DNA of 64,000 nt from Promethearchaeota archaeon (GCA_014728035.1 WJMJ01000062.1:1-64000); one strand, 5' to 3'; shown: positions 37,902-47,363, counted from the stretch's first letter. Notes: generated by a model from the letters alone, not told the origin. A program made the numbers and translations.

Positions 37902-40529
37902 CTATACTAGTGGTTGATAACCCAAATAATCATCAATATCTACCGAGGTCTCAGTATGTTCTAGTATTCTCTTTATACTATCTAAAGCACCATATCTGAA
38001 CAGAGGACTATTATTATTTCCACAATAATACGAGTAGGTGCATAAAGGACATCCATCAACCGTCTTGCAGTCACACTCTTTGAGTATTGTTTTTGTTCTT
38101 CTTAGAGCTTCATCGAACCTTTTGAATAGCAGCTTTGAAGCACCATTTCCCCCAGGGCTTCCGTCGTACACAAAGATGATACCAGAATCCCCCATTGAAA
38201 CACCCCCAATCTCTCTAGTTCCACCACCAGTTAACATGTCACTTGATTCGATTATCACATGTTCTAAAGCATGAAAAGAACCACCATAAAGCTCAGCTGG
38301 ACCCATAACAGGACCTTCTAACTGATTCAACTTTCCGGCAATGTATTCATTGATAGGTTTGACTGGCTCAGGTGCACGAAAAGCGAATCCACGAGTACTG
38401 AATTTGTACTCGATAGGGAGAGGAAGATCTAATCGTTCTAAAACCTTACCAGATCGTGTTTCTCTTTTCATATATCCATAAACGGTTTGTGTCATCTCTA
38501 GAGTACAATAGAGCATTTTCAACCCAAGAATAGTTTCTTCTTCATTAACACTGATAATTTCTGGAAAAGTTTGATAAAGTGGTCGAGTATGAAAAGAACG
38601 GTCTTCAAGAGGAACTACTTTTGCTCTCCCAAGACCTGGAGTATATTTGAAATCAACAGACATGAAATTCTGTCCTCCATGCAAATACACAGCTCCAGGA
38701 TGCAGTTCTTGAGCAGCCATTGGCATTGACCTCTCACCAAGAGTTTTCTTATCTAGCTTGATTTGAACGGTATCCCCGATACCGCGAATGCTATAACTGC
38801 GCCATTTTTTCTGAGCGGTTTCATAGTTTGCAACTCTAACATTGCCATCAGAGTCGATACGTAATAATCCTTCATCAACCAGTTTGTCGAGAATCTTTCC
38901 CTGTTTCGGAAATGTTGAAACATGCAGTTTGTTACTGAAAGCAGCAGCAATGAGTTGATAATAACTCACCACTTCGTTATCAGGTTCCATATACGCCGCG
39001 TCAACATCTGTGAAATATTTGTCTGGCTTGTGTTTGTAGAAAGAAGAAATCGGATCCTTTTCACGAAGAGCTAACACTGCAACACTTTCTTGCCCTTTTC
39101 TTCCAGCTCTGCCAATTCGCTGTGTCAGTCGTGTTATTGAAACAATCATACTCACAACACTGTCTAAATCACCAATATCTATCCCAAGTTCCAAGGTTGG
39201 TGTAGAAACCAAGACTTGAAGCTTACCAGATTTGAACTGATTCTCAACTCTATTACGATACTTCTTTGGCAACCCAGCACGATGAACCATGGAACGAATA
39301 CCAATATCGCGAAGAAGCATGTTGAGAACTTCGGCTTCCGAATGAGTGTTTCCAAATACGAGAGTCTTAAATCCACCAGCACGAAGCATGCGGACTAAGT
39401 TTACAATCATACCATACTTACTTCTGACCTCTGGATAAAACATCATAAAATGGATAGGCCCTCGTTTTGCAGAGGTTGATTCAATGAGTTGACAATCCGT
39501 ATCAAAAAGCAAATCTGCAAACTCTTTCGGGTTTGATATAGTTGCAGAAGCACCTATCTTCTGAAACTCGCCAGATTCCAACTCTAATCGTTTTAAGATA
39601 TAGTAGACATTTGAACCCATTGACCCAGTATAGAGATGAATCTCATCAAGTACTACGTATTTGACTGTTCGAAGAAGGGGAATAAGCTGAGACCTCGTAT
39701 ATCCAAGATGGTAATGAAGTACATCAGGATTAGTAAGAAGTAGGTCAGGTGGTTGATCATAGATTTTTCGTCTATCAGTCTGAGCTACATCTCCATCGAA
39801 AATACTTACTGTTAAACTGGATTTTTCGCACATCTGTTTGATTTTCTCAAATTGGTCTCGTGCAAGAGCTTTAGTTGGATATATTAGTAGAGCTCTAACT
39901 CCAGGATTCATAAAACTCTCTTGAATGGTCTCGGTTAGTTTTTGTATAATAGGAAGAATAAAACCCTCAGTTTTCCCTTGTGCAGTAGGAGCAGCTATAA
40001 CCGCATTCTTTCCAGACTGTATGGCATCGAATGCTTCTTCCTGAAACCGATAGAGGTTCCCGATTCCTTTTTTCTTTAGAAAACTTTTGAGTTGGCGAGA
40101 AATCACCAATTCATCGATAGTGCAACCATATTCAGCATCGGTTGCAGGCATGTATTCATATTTTACAAGGTAATCTACACCTGCATCAAGGATAGAGGAT
40201 ATTTCTATTGGAATCTTGGAGAAGGAAGTACCTCCTTTTTCGATTATTTCTCGTATCTCTGTTTCAGATTGTACTTTGCTGTGCTTTCGTGTTTTTCTAG
40301 TTTTTCTTCCTGTTGAAGCAGGCTTAGATGGAAAATACTTTGATGATTCGGATGGAATCTTTCCAGATTGAATAGCCTTTGTGTAGGCATCATATGCATC
40401 AAATAAATCGGTATTCTTTCCACCAATAGATAATTCAGCACCACACCCTGTGCAGAGAACAGTCCAAACTGGGCCACCCTGTTTGATATCCAGTTTTGAA
40501 CCACACTTTGCACAATGTAGGACAGGCAT
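37902..40529 (-). CDS. DEAH-box SF2 helicase with C-terminal DUF1998 Zn domain (Hrq1/MrfA/SftH family) and N-terminal Zn ribbon
   Basis: APTAQGKT, YPTKALARDQ, DEIH, SAT, TLELGIDIG, QRIGRAGR, C-terminal CDC...GCPLC; N-terminal CAKC...CTGC; GGTGA SD before ATG 40529. Confidence 0.9.
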   Translation of the reverse strand: MPVLHCAKCGSKLDIKQGGPVWTVLCTGCGAELSIGGKNTDLFDAYDAYTKAIQSGKIPSESSKYFPSKPASTGRKTRKTRKHSKVQSETEIREIIEKGGTSFSKIPIEISSILDAGVDYLVKYEYMPATDAEYGCTIDELVISRQLKSFLKKKGIGNLYRFQEEAFDAIQSGKNAVIAAPTAQGKTEGFILPIIQKLTETIQESFMNPGVRALLIYPTKALARDQFEKIKQMCEKSSLTVSIFDGDVAQTDRRKIYDQPPDLLLTNPDVLHYHLGYTRSQLIPLLRTVKYVVLDEIHLYTGSMGSNVYYILKRLELESGEFQKIGASATISNPKEFADLLFDTDCQLIESTSAKRGPIHFMMFYPEVRSKYGMIVNLVRMLRAGGFKTLVFGNTHSEAEVLNMLLRDIGIRSMVHRAGLPKKYRNRVENQFKSGKLQVLVSTPTLELGIDIGDLDSVVSMIVSITRLTQRIGRAGRKGQESVAVLALREKDPISSFYKHKPDKYFTDVDAAYMEPDNEVVSYYQLIAAAFSNKLHVSTFPKQGKILDKLVDEGLLRIDSDGNVRVANYETAQKKWRSYSIRGIGDTVQIKLDKKTLGERSMPMAAQELHPGAVYLHGGQNFMSVDFKYTPGLGRAKVVPLEDRSFHTRPLYQTFPEIISVNEEETILGLKMLYCTLEMTQTVYGYMKRETRSGKVLERLDLPLPIEYKFSTRGFAFRAPEPVKPINEYIAGKLNQLEGPVMGPAELYGGSFHALEHVIIESSDMLTGGGTREIGGVSMGDSGIIFVYDGSPGGNGASKLLFKRFDEALRRTKTILKECDCKTVDGCPLCTYSYYCGNNNSPLFRYGALDSIKRILEHTETSVDIDDYLGYQPLV

Positions 40530-40678
40530 TTTAATCACCGATTAGCAAAGGTTTGCAGGATACAAATCTTATCAAAGTTTGGCACTAACACTGATTCTCA
40601 TTATGAATGAGAGTTTCTGAAAACTAAATCAATCTACATTTAGTTTAAGCTACACTAGTAACATTTAATCAGACTAAA

Positions 40679-41776
40679 ATGGATATACGAATATTATTTT
40701 GTGAGGGACCGCAAGTGGAAAAGCATCGAATGGTAAGTCAGATAATATCCGATAATATGGACCAATTAGTTGAGGAACTTATCTCATGTCAATGGGAAAT
40801 AGATACAGAAATAGCAGATCGATATTCTGAACCGCTCATTGAAAAATGCAAAGAGGATATTGCATATCACCTGGAATTTTTAGCAACAGCAGTTCGAGTT
40901 CAGAGTACTGCAATCTTCAACTCGTATTTGAGATGGACAAAAGTGCTATTCTCAAATCTTGGAGTTCCAGAAAAGGAATTTTTAGATAATCTTGAGTGTA
41001 TTAAGAAAATTTTACCTGCATATCTTTCAGATGAGATTCAAAATATACCAATTGAGTATATAGATATAGGAATCAAAGAGCTCGCTTTGGCTAGCTCAGA
41101 CCTTCCCACATTGATGGGAGAAGATATCCCTATGGCTGCTATAGCAACACAGTATCTCGACGCACTCCTGAAGGGGAATCGCCGTGCTGCAAGTGCACTG
41201 ATTATGGATACAGTGAATGAAGGTAGAGAGATAAAAGAGATATATCTGAATATTTTCGAAAGAACTCAATACGAAATTGGTAGACTTTGGCAAACAAATC
41301 AAATCAATGTCGCTCAGGAACACTATTGTACTGCAGCAACACAACTCATTATGGCACAATTATATCCATATCTCTTTAGTTCGAAAAAGAAGAATCTCAA
41401 TATGGTAGCAACTTGTATCTCAGGAGAATTGCATGAGATTGGAATCAGAATGGTGGCTGACTTGTTTGAGATTGACGGATGGAATACATTCTACTTGGGT
41501 GCAAGTACACCGAGAAAAGACATTATTCAAACAATAATAGATAGAGATGTTCAATTAGTTGCAATCTCAGCCACTTTGCCAACCAATATACCTGAAGTAC
41601 AGGAATTGATAGAAGAAATTCGAGCTCAGGACAATCTCACACATGTTAAAATTATTGTTGGAGGACGTCCATTCGGAATGGACCCAAATCTTTGGAAAAC
41701 TGTTGGAGCAGACGGAACAGCACGAAATGCTGAAGATGCAGTTAAAGTAGGAAACATGCTTGTTCAAGGAGATTGA
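40679..41776 (+). CDS. Globin-like + cobalamin-binding sensor protein (photocobilin-like)
   Basis: N-terminal KCKEDIAYHL globin segment; W204-x9-EH215; E250-x-H252-x2-G B12 motif; Rossmann domain (VGGRP, GADG). True start may be GTG 40715. Confidence 0.85.
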   Translation: MDIRILFCEGPQVEKHRMVSQIISDNMDQLVEELISCQWEIDTEIADRYSEPLIEKCKEDIAYHLEFLATAVRVQSTAIFNSYLRWTKVLFSNLGVPEKEFLDNLECIKKILPAYLSDEIQNIPIEYIDIGIKELALASSDLPTLMGEDIPMAAIATQYLDALLKGNRRAASALIMDTVNEGREIKEIYLNIFERTQYEIGRLWQTNQINVAQEHYCTAATQLIMAQLYPYLFSSKKKNLNMVATCISGELHEIGIRMVADLFEIDGWNTFYLGASTPRKDIIQTIIDRDVQLVAISATLPTNIPEVQELIEEIRAQDNLTHVKIIVGGRPFGMDPNLWKTVGADGTARNAEDAVKVGNMLVQGD

Positions 41777-41779
41777 TTC

Positions 41780-42979
41780 ATGAGTAGGGTGAAGGCTTCA
41801 AGAGGATTCGTAATAATTACGGATAATCATGGACAAATCTCCGATGTACTCCGAGATGACCTAGAACTCTTTGATTCAGAAAAAGACTTTCCCAAACTAA
41901 TTGACATAATGGATAACGAGAGTAAATCAAAAGCAGAATCCTTTCTCTCAGCACTACGAACTGAGCAAGCAATCTACGGATGGGAGATGAACATCTTACT
42001 TCATGGCGAGATAACTTTAGTATATTTTGTTGGAGCAAGACATCAAAACAATCTACTTCTAATTGGCTCAACAGACCCTTACGGAACCCATAGTTATTTT
42101 GATGAACTCGTTCAAATAAATAATGAACAGGTGAATGCGTTTAGAAGAGCCCTAAAAGATGTCTTCATGGCAACTTTGAGTGAAACTCAACAGATTGAAG
42201 AAATTTATACTCGATTTATGGAGCTCAATAACGAATTAGCTTCCATGCAGAGAAATCTAGCTAGAAAAAACAGAGAATTGGAAAAATTAAATGAACAGAA
42301 AAACAAATTCATTGGAATGATGGCTCACGATCTAAGAAGCCCATTAGGATCAATCTACTTGTTAAGTGAATTCATTCTCATGAGCGGAAAAGAAAGACTG
42401 AGTGAGGATGAAAAAGAAGCTCTGGAACAAATTGTACAGATGAGCGAGTATATGTCAAATATTATCAGTGATTTGCTCGACATTTCCGTCATCGAATCTG
42501 GCAACTTATCATTAGACCTTCAAAAAGCTGATATCTCAGAATCAATTCAACGTTGTATAAAATTGAATCAGTTGTTTGCAGATGAAAAGTCCATCTCAAT
42601 CATCTCATCACAAAAAGGAGGAGATATTCCGGTGACGATGATGGATATCTCCAAAGTAGACCAAGTAATAAATAACTTACTCAGCAATGCAATAAAATAT
42701 TCACCAAGATCTACAACAATACGGATAGTAACACAGGTTGTGGATAAGACAATTGTCATAGATGTTTCTGATGAAGGACAGGGAATTCCAAAGAGAGAGT
42801 TAGGACGTCTGTTCAAACCATATGGAAAAACTAGTATCGAAACAACTGGAGGCGAAAAAAGCACAGGTCTTGGGCTAATGATTGTAAAACGGATTGTAGA
42901 AGAACATGGCGGCAATATTTGGGTAGAAAGTGTTTATGGCAAAGGCTCAACTTTTTCCTTTTCCATTCCAATTACCTAA
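41780..42979 (+). CDS. Soluble sensor histidine kinase (PAS-like N-terminus, coiled coil, HisKA, HATPase)
   Basis: AHDLRSPL H-box, NLLSNAIKYS N-box, DEGQGI G1, GLGL G2; starts 3 nt after the B12 protein. Confidence 0.92.
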   Translation: MSRVKASRGFVIITDNHGQISDVLRDDLELFDSEKDFPKLIDIMDNESKSKAESFLSALRTEQAIYGWEMNILLHGEITLVYFVGARHQNNLLLIGSTDPYGTHSYFDELVQINNEQVNAFRRALKDVFMATLSETQQIEEIYTRFMELNNELASMQRNLARKNRELEKLNEQKNKFIGMMAHDLRSPLGSIYLLSEFILMSGKERLSEDEKEALEQIVQMSEYMSNIISDLLDISVIESGNLSLDLQKADISESIQRCIKLNQLFADEKSISIISSQKGGDIPVTMMDISKVDQVINNLLSNAIKYSPRSTTIRIVTQVVDKTIVIDVSDEGQGIPKRELGRLFKPYGKTSIETTGGEKSTGLGLMIVKRIVEEHGGNIWVESVYGKGSTFSFSIPIT

Positions 42980-43055
42980 GACGTTATGCAAAGTATTTTA
43001 AGCATTTGTGCAATTGTCATGCACATACGACCCGTGCCACGGGAGATTGAATAAT

Positions 43056-43409
43056 ATGGTAGAAGAGATTAAAGCAGATGAACTTGAGAAAATTGTTTCA
43101 GAAAACAAGGTTGTCTTTCTAGACTGTCACGCGACATGGTGCGGGCCTTGTAAAACACTAAGTCCTATACTCGAAGAGTTAGATGATAAGTTTTCAGAAA
43201 AAGGACTGAAAGTTGTCAAGCTAGATGTTGATCAGAATCGAGAGTTTAGCACGACCCATCAAGTCACAGGAGTGCCTAGTGTCTTTGTATACAGTGAAGG
43301 GAAACAAGTAGTTTTTGATGATGGAAAAGGCAAGAAGATGGATAGATTAGTTGGAGTAATGCCTCCAGAAATCTACTCGCAGATTGCAGAAGAATTACTC
43401 GCAGCGTAA
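43056..43409 (+). CDS. trxA: Thioredoxin
   Basis: WCGPC, cis-Pro GVP; GGGAG SD before ATG 43056. Confidence 0.9.
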   Translation: MVEEIKADELEKIVSENKVVFLDCHATWCGPCKTLSPILEELDDKFSEKGLKVVKLDVDQNREFSTTHQVTGVPSVFVYSEGKQVVFDDGKGKKMDRLVGVMPPEIYSQIAEELLAA

Positions 43410-43419
43410 AAAACTCGAT

Positions 43420-43454
43420 CCAAAGAGGTATCCTCTTTGGCAATTTCTCTTTTT
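43420..43454 (+). terminator. Hairpin plus U-tract after thioredoxin 1
   Basis: Perfect 9-bp stem CCAAAGAGG-TAT-CCTCTTTGG followed by CAATTTCTCTTTTT. Confidence 0.6.
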
Positions 43455-43505
43455 AGCCACTAGTAACATTCATAGGTCTTAGCGTATTCTTTGTTCATGG
43501 TTATC

Positions 43506-43865
43506 ATGGTAAAAGATGTAGGTCCAAAAGAAATAGAAGAAACAATCGGAAAAACAAGACTAGTCTTTGTTGACTGTTGGGCACCTTGGTGTGGACCCTG
43601 TAGAGCACTTGCACCAATTTTGGAAGAATTAGAAAAGGAATATGAAGATGATCCAGATATTGAATTTTTGAAATTGAATACAGAGGATCATCGTGAATAT
43701 GCTGTGGATAAAAGGATCACTGCAATTCCATGTGTGCTAGTATTTCTTGATGGCAACCCAGCAAGTTTTGTGGATCCTGCAGGTAAAAAAGAGGAAAAAA
43801 CAGATAGATTGATTGGTCTCTCCGGACCTGAAAGGTACAAAAAAGTAATTACGGATTTACTATAA
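43506..43865 (+). CDS. trxA: Thioredoxin (tandem paralogue)
   Basis: WAPWCGPC, AIP; start codon uncertain (43491/43497/43506). Confidence 0.9.
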   Translation: MVKDVGPKEIEETIGKTRLVFVDCWAPWCGPCRALAPILEELEKEYEDDPDIEFLKLNTEDHREYAVDKRITAIPCVLVFLDGNPASFVDPAGKKEEKTDRLIGLSGPERYKKVITDLL

Positions 43866-43946
43866 GGTGATTCCCTAGTTGGAGTCCACCTATACATTTT
43901 ATTAACCAGATAGTACACATTATCTAAAAGCTAAGAGGTTTGATTC

Positions 43947-44471
43947 ATGCCGATTCTACCATATGGGGATAAAACACCAAAAATTAGTGAAGATGCATAT
44001 ATTAGTCCACAAGCTACTATTGTGGGAGATGTAGAGATATCCAAGGGAGCAAACGTATGGCCCGGTGCTGTCATAAGAGGTGATTTAGCGTCCGTCAGAA
44101 TCGGTGAGAATAGCTGTGTTCAAGATAGCGTAGTAATCCATGCCCACTCAGAAGACAATCCAGCAATAATCGGGAATTATTCGGTAATTAGTACTGCCAG
44201 TGTTCTGCATGGTGTATATGTAGGAGACTCTACAGTAATCGGTGAAGGATGTGTCATTTTTGATGGTGCTACTCTTGGAGAAGGTGTGATGATTGCACCA
44301 GGAAGTATTATCCCTGCAAATATTGTCATTCCACCGAGGAGTTTGAATTCCGGAGTTCCAGCATCACAAATCAGAGAGATTTCAAAGGAAGAAGTCGAAA
44401 AGCAGCAAATGAAGGCTGAAACAATATCTCAAGTATTCAAGAAAATGAAACATTGGCAACGTTCAATATGA
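43947..44471 (+). CDS. Gamma carbonic anhydrase family / left-handed beta-helix protein
   Basis: VIRGD, VQDSVVIH, hexapeptide repeats, LHG, GVPA; one of the usual His ligands (T[IV]GH) appears to be replaced (VIST). Confidence 0.85.
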   Translation: MPILPYGDKTPKISEDAYISPQATIVGDVEISKGANVWPGAVIRGDLASVRIGENSCVQDSVVIHAHSEDNPAIIGNYSVISTASVLHGVYVGDSTVIGEGCVIFDGATLGEGVMIAPGSIIPANIVIPPRSLNSGVPASQIREISKEEVEKQQMKAETISQVFKKMKHWQRSI

Positions 44472-44472
44472 T

Positions 44473-45633
44473 TCAAAAAGTTTCACGAGCAATCCCACTA
44501 ATATTTCTGCATCCATCCTTTGTGACCTGTATCATCTCAGCGATTTTTACTCCACCGACATCAGCACGATAGATAGAAGGATGTAGAGAGAAGACCATTC
44601 CCTCTCTGAAAGACAGATTATTCTCTATGGATAGTTGAGGTGGTTCTCGTAAATCTAGACCAATTGAACAGCCAATCGATTGTACATTATTCTGAATAGT
44701 AGATTCTTGATAGATTTTCGCAACAAAATCAGAAATACGTGTTTCTGGTGCTATTAGGTGCTCCGCTTGTTCACACACTTTTATCGCACTTTCAAATAAC
44801 TTTCGCTGGGAGCTAGTAGGAGTCCCAAGATGAAGTGTTCGGGCAAGTTCAGCAAAATATCCTTTATGACTTACTGTGATATCAATCACAATAGGGTCAT
44901 CCATAGTTAAACGGTTCCCAGATGATTTTGTATACGGGCAAGTAATTGAAGATCCAGTTAGTACTGCTGCTCTTATTCCACGAAGTTGCCCTCCCACATT
45001 TCTTATTGCAGATTCAATTTCTATAGCCGCTTCACCCTCAGATTTTCCGGGTGCAATAATCTCGAATGCGGTTCGGAGACCTATTTCTGCAATCTTTACC
45101 GCCTCGATAATGGCATCCAATTCTGAATTATCCTTGATCTGTCTTAGACGCCAGAAGATATGTGAATAGTCTGCAAATCCGGCTTCAGGAAGTATCTTTT
45201 TCACATAATTAAACTCGTTTACAGAGAGGAAGTCTTGCTGCAATCCAATCATACCGGAGGTTGTTTCGAGTTCCTCAATTATATCGTGAATCTTATCCCA
45301 TAGCTTTGGTGTGTGTGTGCCAAGCCACTCTTCAAGATTTGTAACAGGAATGCTTTCAATACTTGCCATAACAGATTCGATTCCGACTGATTCCATCTGG
45401 TTCTCGGATATTATTAATCGTGGTTTGTATCCTTCGACTATGACACAAGCTACAGGAAGTCGCGAGTCTGGAATATCATAACCAGTCAAATAGTGGACAT
45501 CACGCGCATAAGTTACCACAATGGCATCTATCTTCTCATGACGCATAATTTGATGTACTCTCTCAAGGCGTTGTGGCGTAAATTGCATATTATGATTAGT
45601 CTCCAGTAGTGATGCCATATAGCGACTGTGCAC
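44473..45633 (-). CDS. M24 Xaa-Pro aminopeptidase/creatinase-fold protein with degenerate metal site
   Basis: Creatinase N-domain (DVHYLTGY), LRQIKDxxE, GYFAELART; GCSIGL and FSLHPSIY in place of GHGxGL and ExG. Confidence 0.85.
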   Translation of the reverse strand: MHSRYMASLLETNHNMQFTPQRLERVHQIMRHEKIDAIVVTYARDVHYLTGYDIPDSRLPVACVIVEGYKPRLIISENQMESVGIESVMASIESIPVTNLEEWLGTHTPKLWDKIHDIIEELETTSGMIGLQQDFLSVNEFNYVKKILPEAGFADYSHIFWRLRQIKDNSELDAIIEAVKIAEIGLRTAFEIIAPGKSEGEAAIEIESAIRNVGGQLRGIRAAVLTGSSITCPYTKSSGNRLTMDDPIVIDITVSHKGYFAELARTLHLGTPTSSQRKLFESAIKVCEQAEHLIAPETRISDFVAKIYQESTIQNNVQSIGCSIGLDLREPPQLSIENNLSFREGMVFSLHPSIYRADVGGVKIAEMIQVTKDGCRNISGIARETF

Positions 45634-45698
45634 TGCTCGTATTGTCGAATTAATTCAACATTTAAGCTTCACGAACATGTCAATTCTGAAAAGAAAGA

Positions 45699-45776
45699 TG
45701 GCGGGACCGTCCGGATTCGAACCGGAGATACCCAACTCCGCAGGCTGGTGCCTTATCCAGGCTAGACTACGGCCCC
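45699..45776 (-). tRNA. tRNA-Arg(GCG), intronless, CCA encoded
   Basis: GGGGCCG/CGGTCCC acceptor, CCAGC-CTGCGGA-GTTGG anticodon arm, TTCGAAT T-loop; TATAAG box about 25 nt upstream. Confidence 0.97.
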
Positions 45777-45832
45777 ATTTCCTGCGAGTTCAAATCAACT
45801 TATAGACTCTTCGCTGTGGAATAGATGTTACA

Positions 45833-46051
45833 CTATTTCGATTGAACAAGTTCAACCGATGCGCGACCATTCAATTTGGTTATTCGTAGAACATGCTCTG
45901 ATGTTTGAAGAACAAAACTCTCACCATCTTCTAAGTTCTCTAAAACTGGTCGTCCAAGCGGTCCATTCAAATATCTCTCGAAACGAGACACAACGCTATG
46001 CCGCGGAACGGTTTCTTCGATTACGCTCAACTTCAATGACCTCATGGTCAT
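45833..46051 (-). CDS. Small hypothetical protein between the two tRNA-Arg genes
   Basis: 72-aa ORF with globular composition that fills the inter-tRNA gap on the same strand. Confidence 0.65.
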   Translation of the reverse strand: MTMRSLKLSVIEETVPRHSVVSRFERYLNGPLGRPVLENLEDGESFVLQTSEHVLRITKLNGRASVELVQSK

Positions 46052-46166
46052 AGCGATACCTATGACCTACTATTGAGTCGGTTTGAGATTATTTAAGGTC
46101 CACATAGTTTCAGATTTGAAACGCCATTAATTTTCATAGTGTGAGAGAGTATATCTCAAATATCAG

Positions 46167-46244
46167 TGGCGGGACCGCCCGGATTCGAACCGGGGATACC
46201 CAACTCCGGAGGCTGGTGCCTTATCCATGCTAGACTACGGCCCC
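46167..46244 (-). tRNA. tRNA-Arg(CCG), intronless, CCA encoded
   Basis: Same scaffold as the GCG tRNA with anticodon loop CTCCGGA; TTTAAA box about 25 nt upstream. Confidence 0.97.
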
Positions 46245-46314
46245 AATCAGATTGGCTCCGAATCATCTTTAAAGAATTCCTATTGAATCTCAATGAGTGG
46301 TAGGCTAACATATC

Positions 46315-46860
46315 CTAGTCCGAGATTAATTCTGGCTCTTCGATCCACCAAGCCCCACGCTTCCCCTTGAACACACCCTGTTTAAATTGGAGAACTTCAT
46401 GGCCGATTTCCTCCTCAAAACGAGAGTTCAGTCGGTTTAGTCTATCCAATATGGTTCTACGTTTGGTATCACTTCCAAGGAGGCGTTCTGCTAGCTCAGG
46501 AGTGGTAGCACCTTCATACTGTAGAAGATATGCAAGAATCCGTCGATCCAACTCATCTCTACATACCTTAGAATATGTCACATCATTAAGCCCTGCAAGA
46601 TAGACGCTACTAGAACGTTCCTGTTCAAGAAATGATACACGTTCTCTTAGACTTATTATATCTTCAAGCATTTGTGTAATAATAGGAGGGACATCATCAT
46701 CCAATTTCCAAAGTAGTCGCCATCTAACTGCTTCTTCGATGAAACGTTGTCTGCTATTATCTCCTGCGAGTAAATCTATCTTCTCAAGAATTTCCTTTGG
46801 CAGACGCAATCTGATACTTATTCTATCATCACTTTCTGTATCTGTCAAGGAATATCTCAT
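46315..46860 (-). CDS. Transcription regulator: RHH + coiled coil + winged HTH
   Basis: ISIRLRLPKEILEKIDLLAGDNSRQRFIEEAV (RHH); LDRRILAYL...ATTPELAERL...RRTILDRL (wHTH). Confidence 0.75.
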   Translation of the reverse strand: MRYSLTDTESDDRISIRLRLPKEILEKIDLLAGDNSRQRFIEEAVRWRLLWKLDDDVPPIITQMLEDIISLRERVSFLEQERSSSVYLAGLNDVTYSKVCRDELDRRILAYLLQYEGATTPELAERLLGSDTKRRTILDRLNRLNSRFEEEIGHEVLQFKQGVFKGKRGAWWIEEPELISD

Positions 46861-46972
46861 CCTACTAAATCAAAGAAATCTGGTACATGAAAAGCATTGC
46901 TCTTCGTTCACGTTCCGACACAGTTATAAAAAGAATCGAGTGCATTGTGCTGACAAGGCAACGGTGAAGGAA

Positions 46973-47260
46973 ATGGTAAACAAATTCAAAGCCATCAAAA
47001 GAGAAAGGGCTCGCTTGAGAAATGTACAGAACCCTCAACAAGTTGATTATAGACGGATGCGAAAAGCTCGTAAGATAAGAACTGCATATTGGAGACACAA
47101 AAAGAAGGCCGTTGCAGCTGAAGTATCAATCATTGAAGAGAAAACAGCACCAAAGAGCAAAAAACCAGCTAAAGAGCCAGAACTTGAAGAAATCGATGAA
47201 GAGCTAGAAGAGATCTATTCAATCGATGAAGATGAGTTAGAAGATTTCGATGATGAATAG
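46973..47260 (+). CDS. Small bipolar protein (basic N-half, acidic tail)
   Basis: TTATAAA box at ~46924, GGTGA SD, ATG 46973; the ORF-track 5' extension is antisense to the upstream gene. Confidence 0.7.
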   Translation: MVNKFKAIKRERARLRNVQNPQQVDYRRMRKARKIRTAYWRHKKKAVAAEVSIIEEKTAPKSKKPAKEPELEEIDEELEEIYSIDEDELEDFDDE

Positions 47261-47363
47261 ATTTGAGAGCCAAATTTCAAATCAACTAATAATACGACTA
47301 ACTCATAAGAGCAGAATGCAAGAGTAGTTTAGAAGTTTTTTTACTTCTCATTCAATCTTCAAG

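Noticed and set aside
45699-46244. Duplicated tRNA-Arg as attL/attR of an integrated element
   Set aside because: Both copies are full length with different anticodons, a compensatory stem change and their own TATA boxes; there is no integrase.
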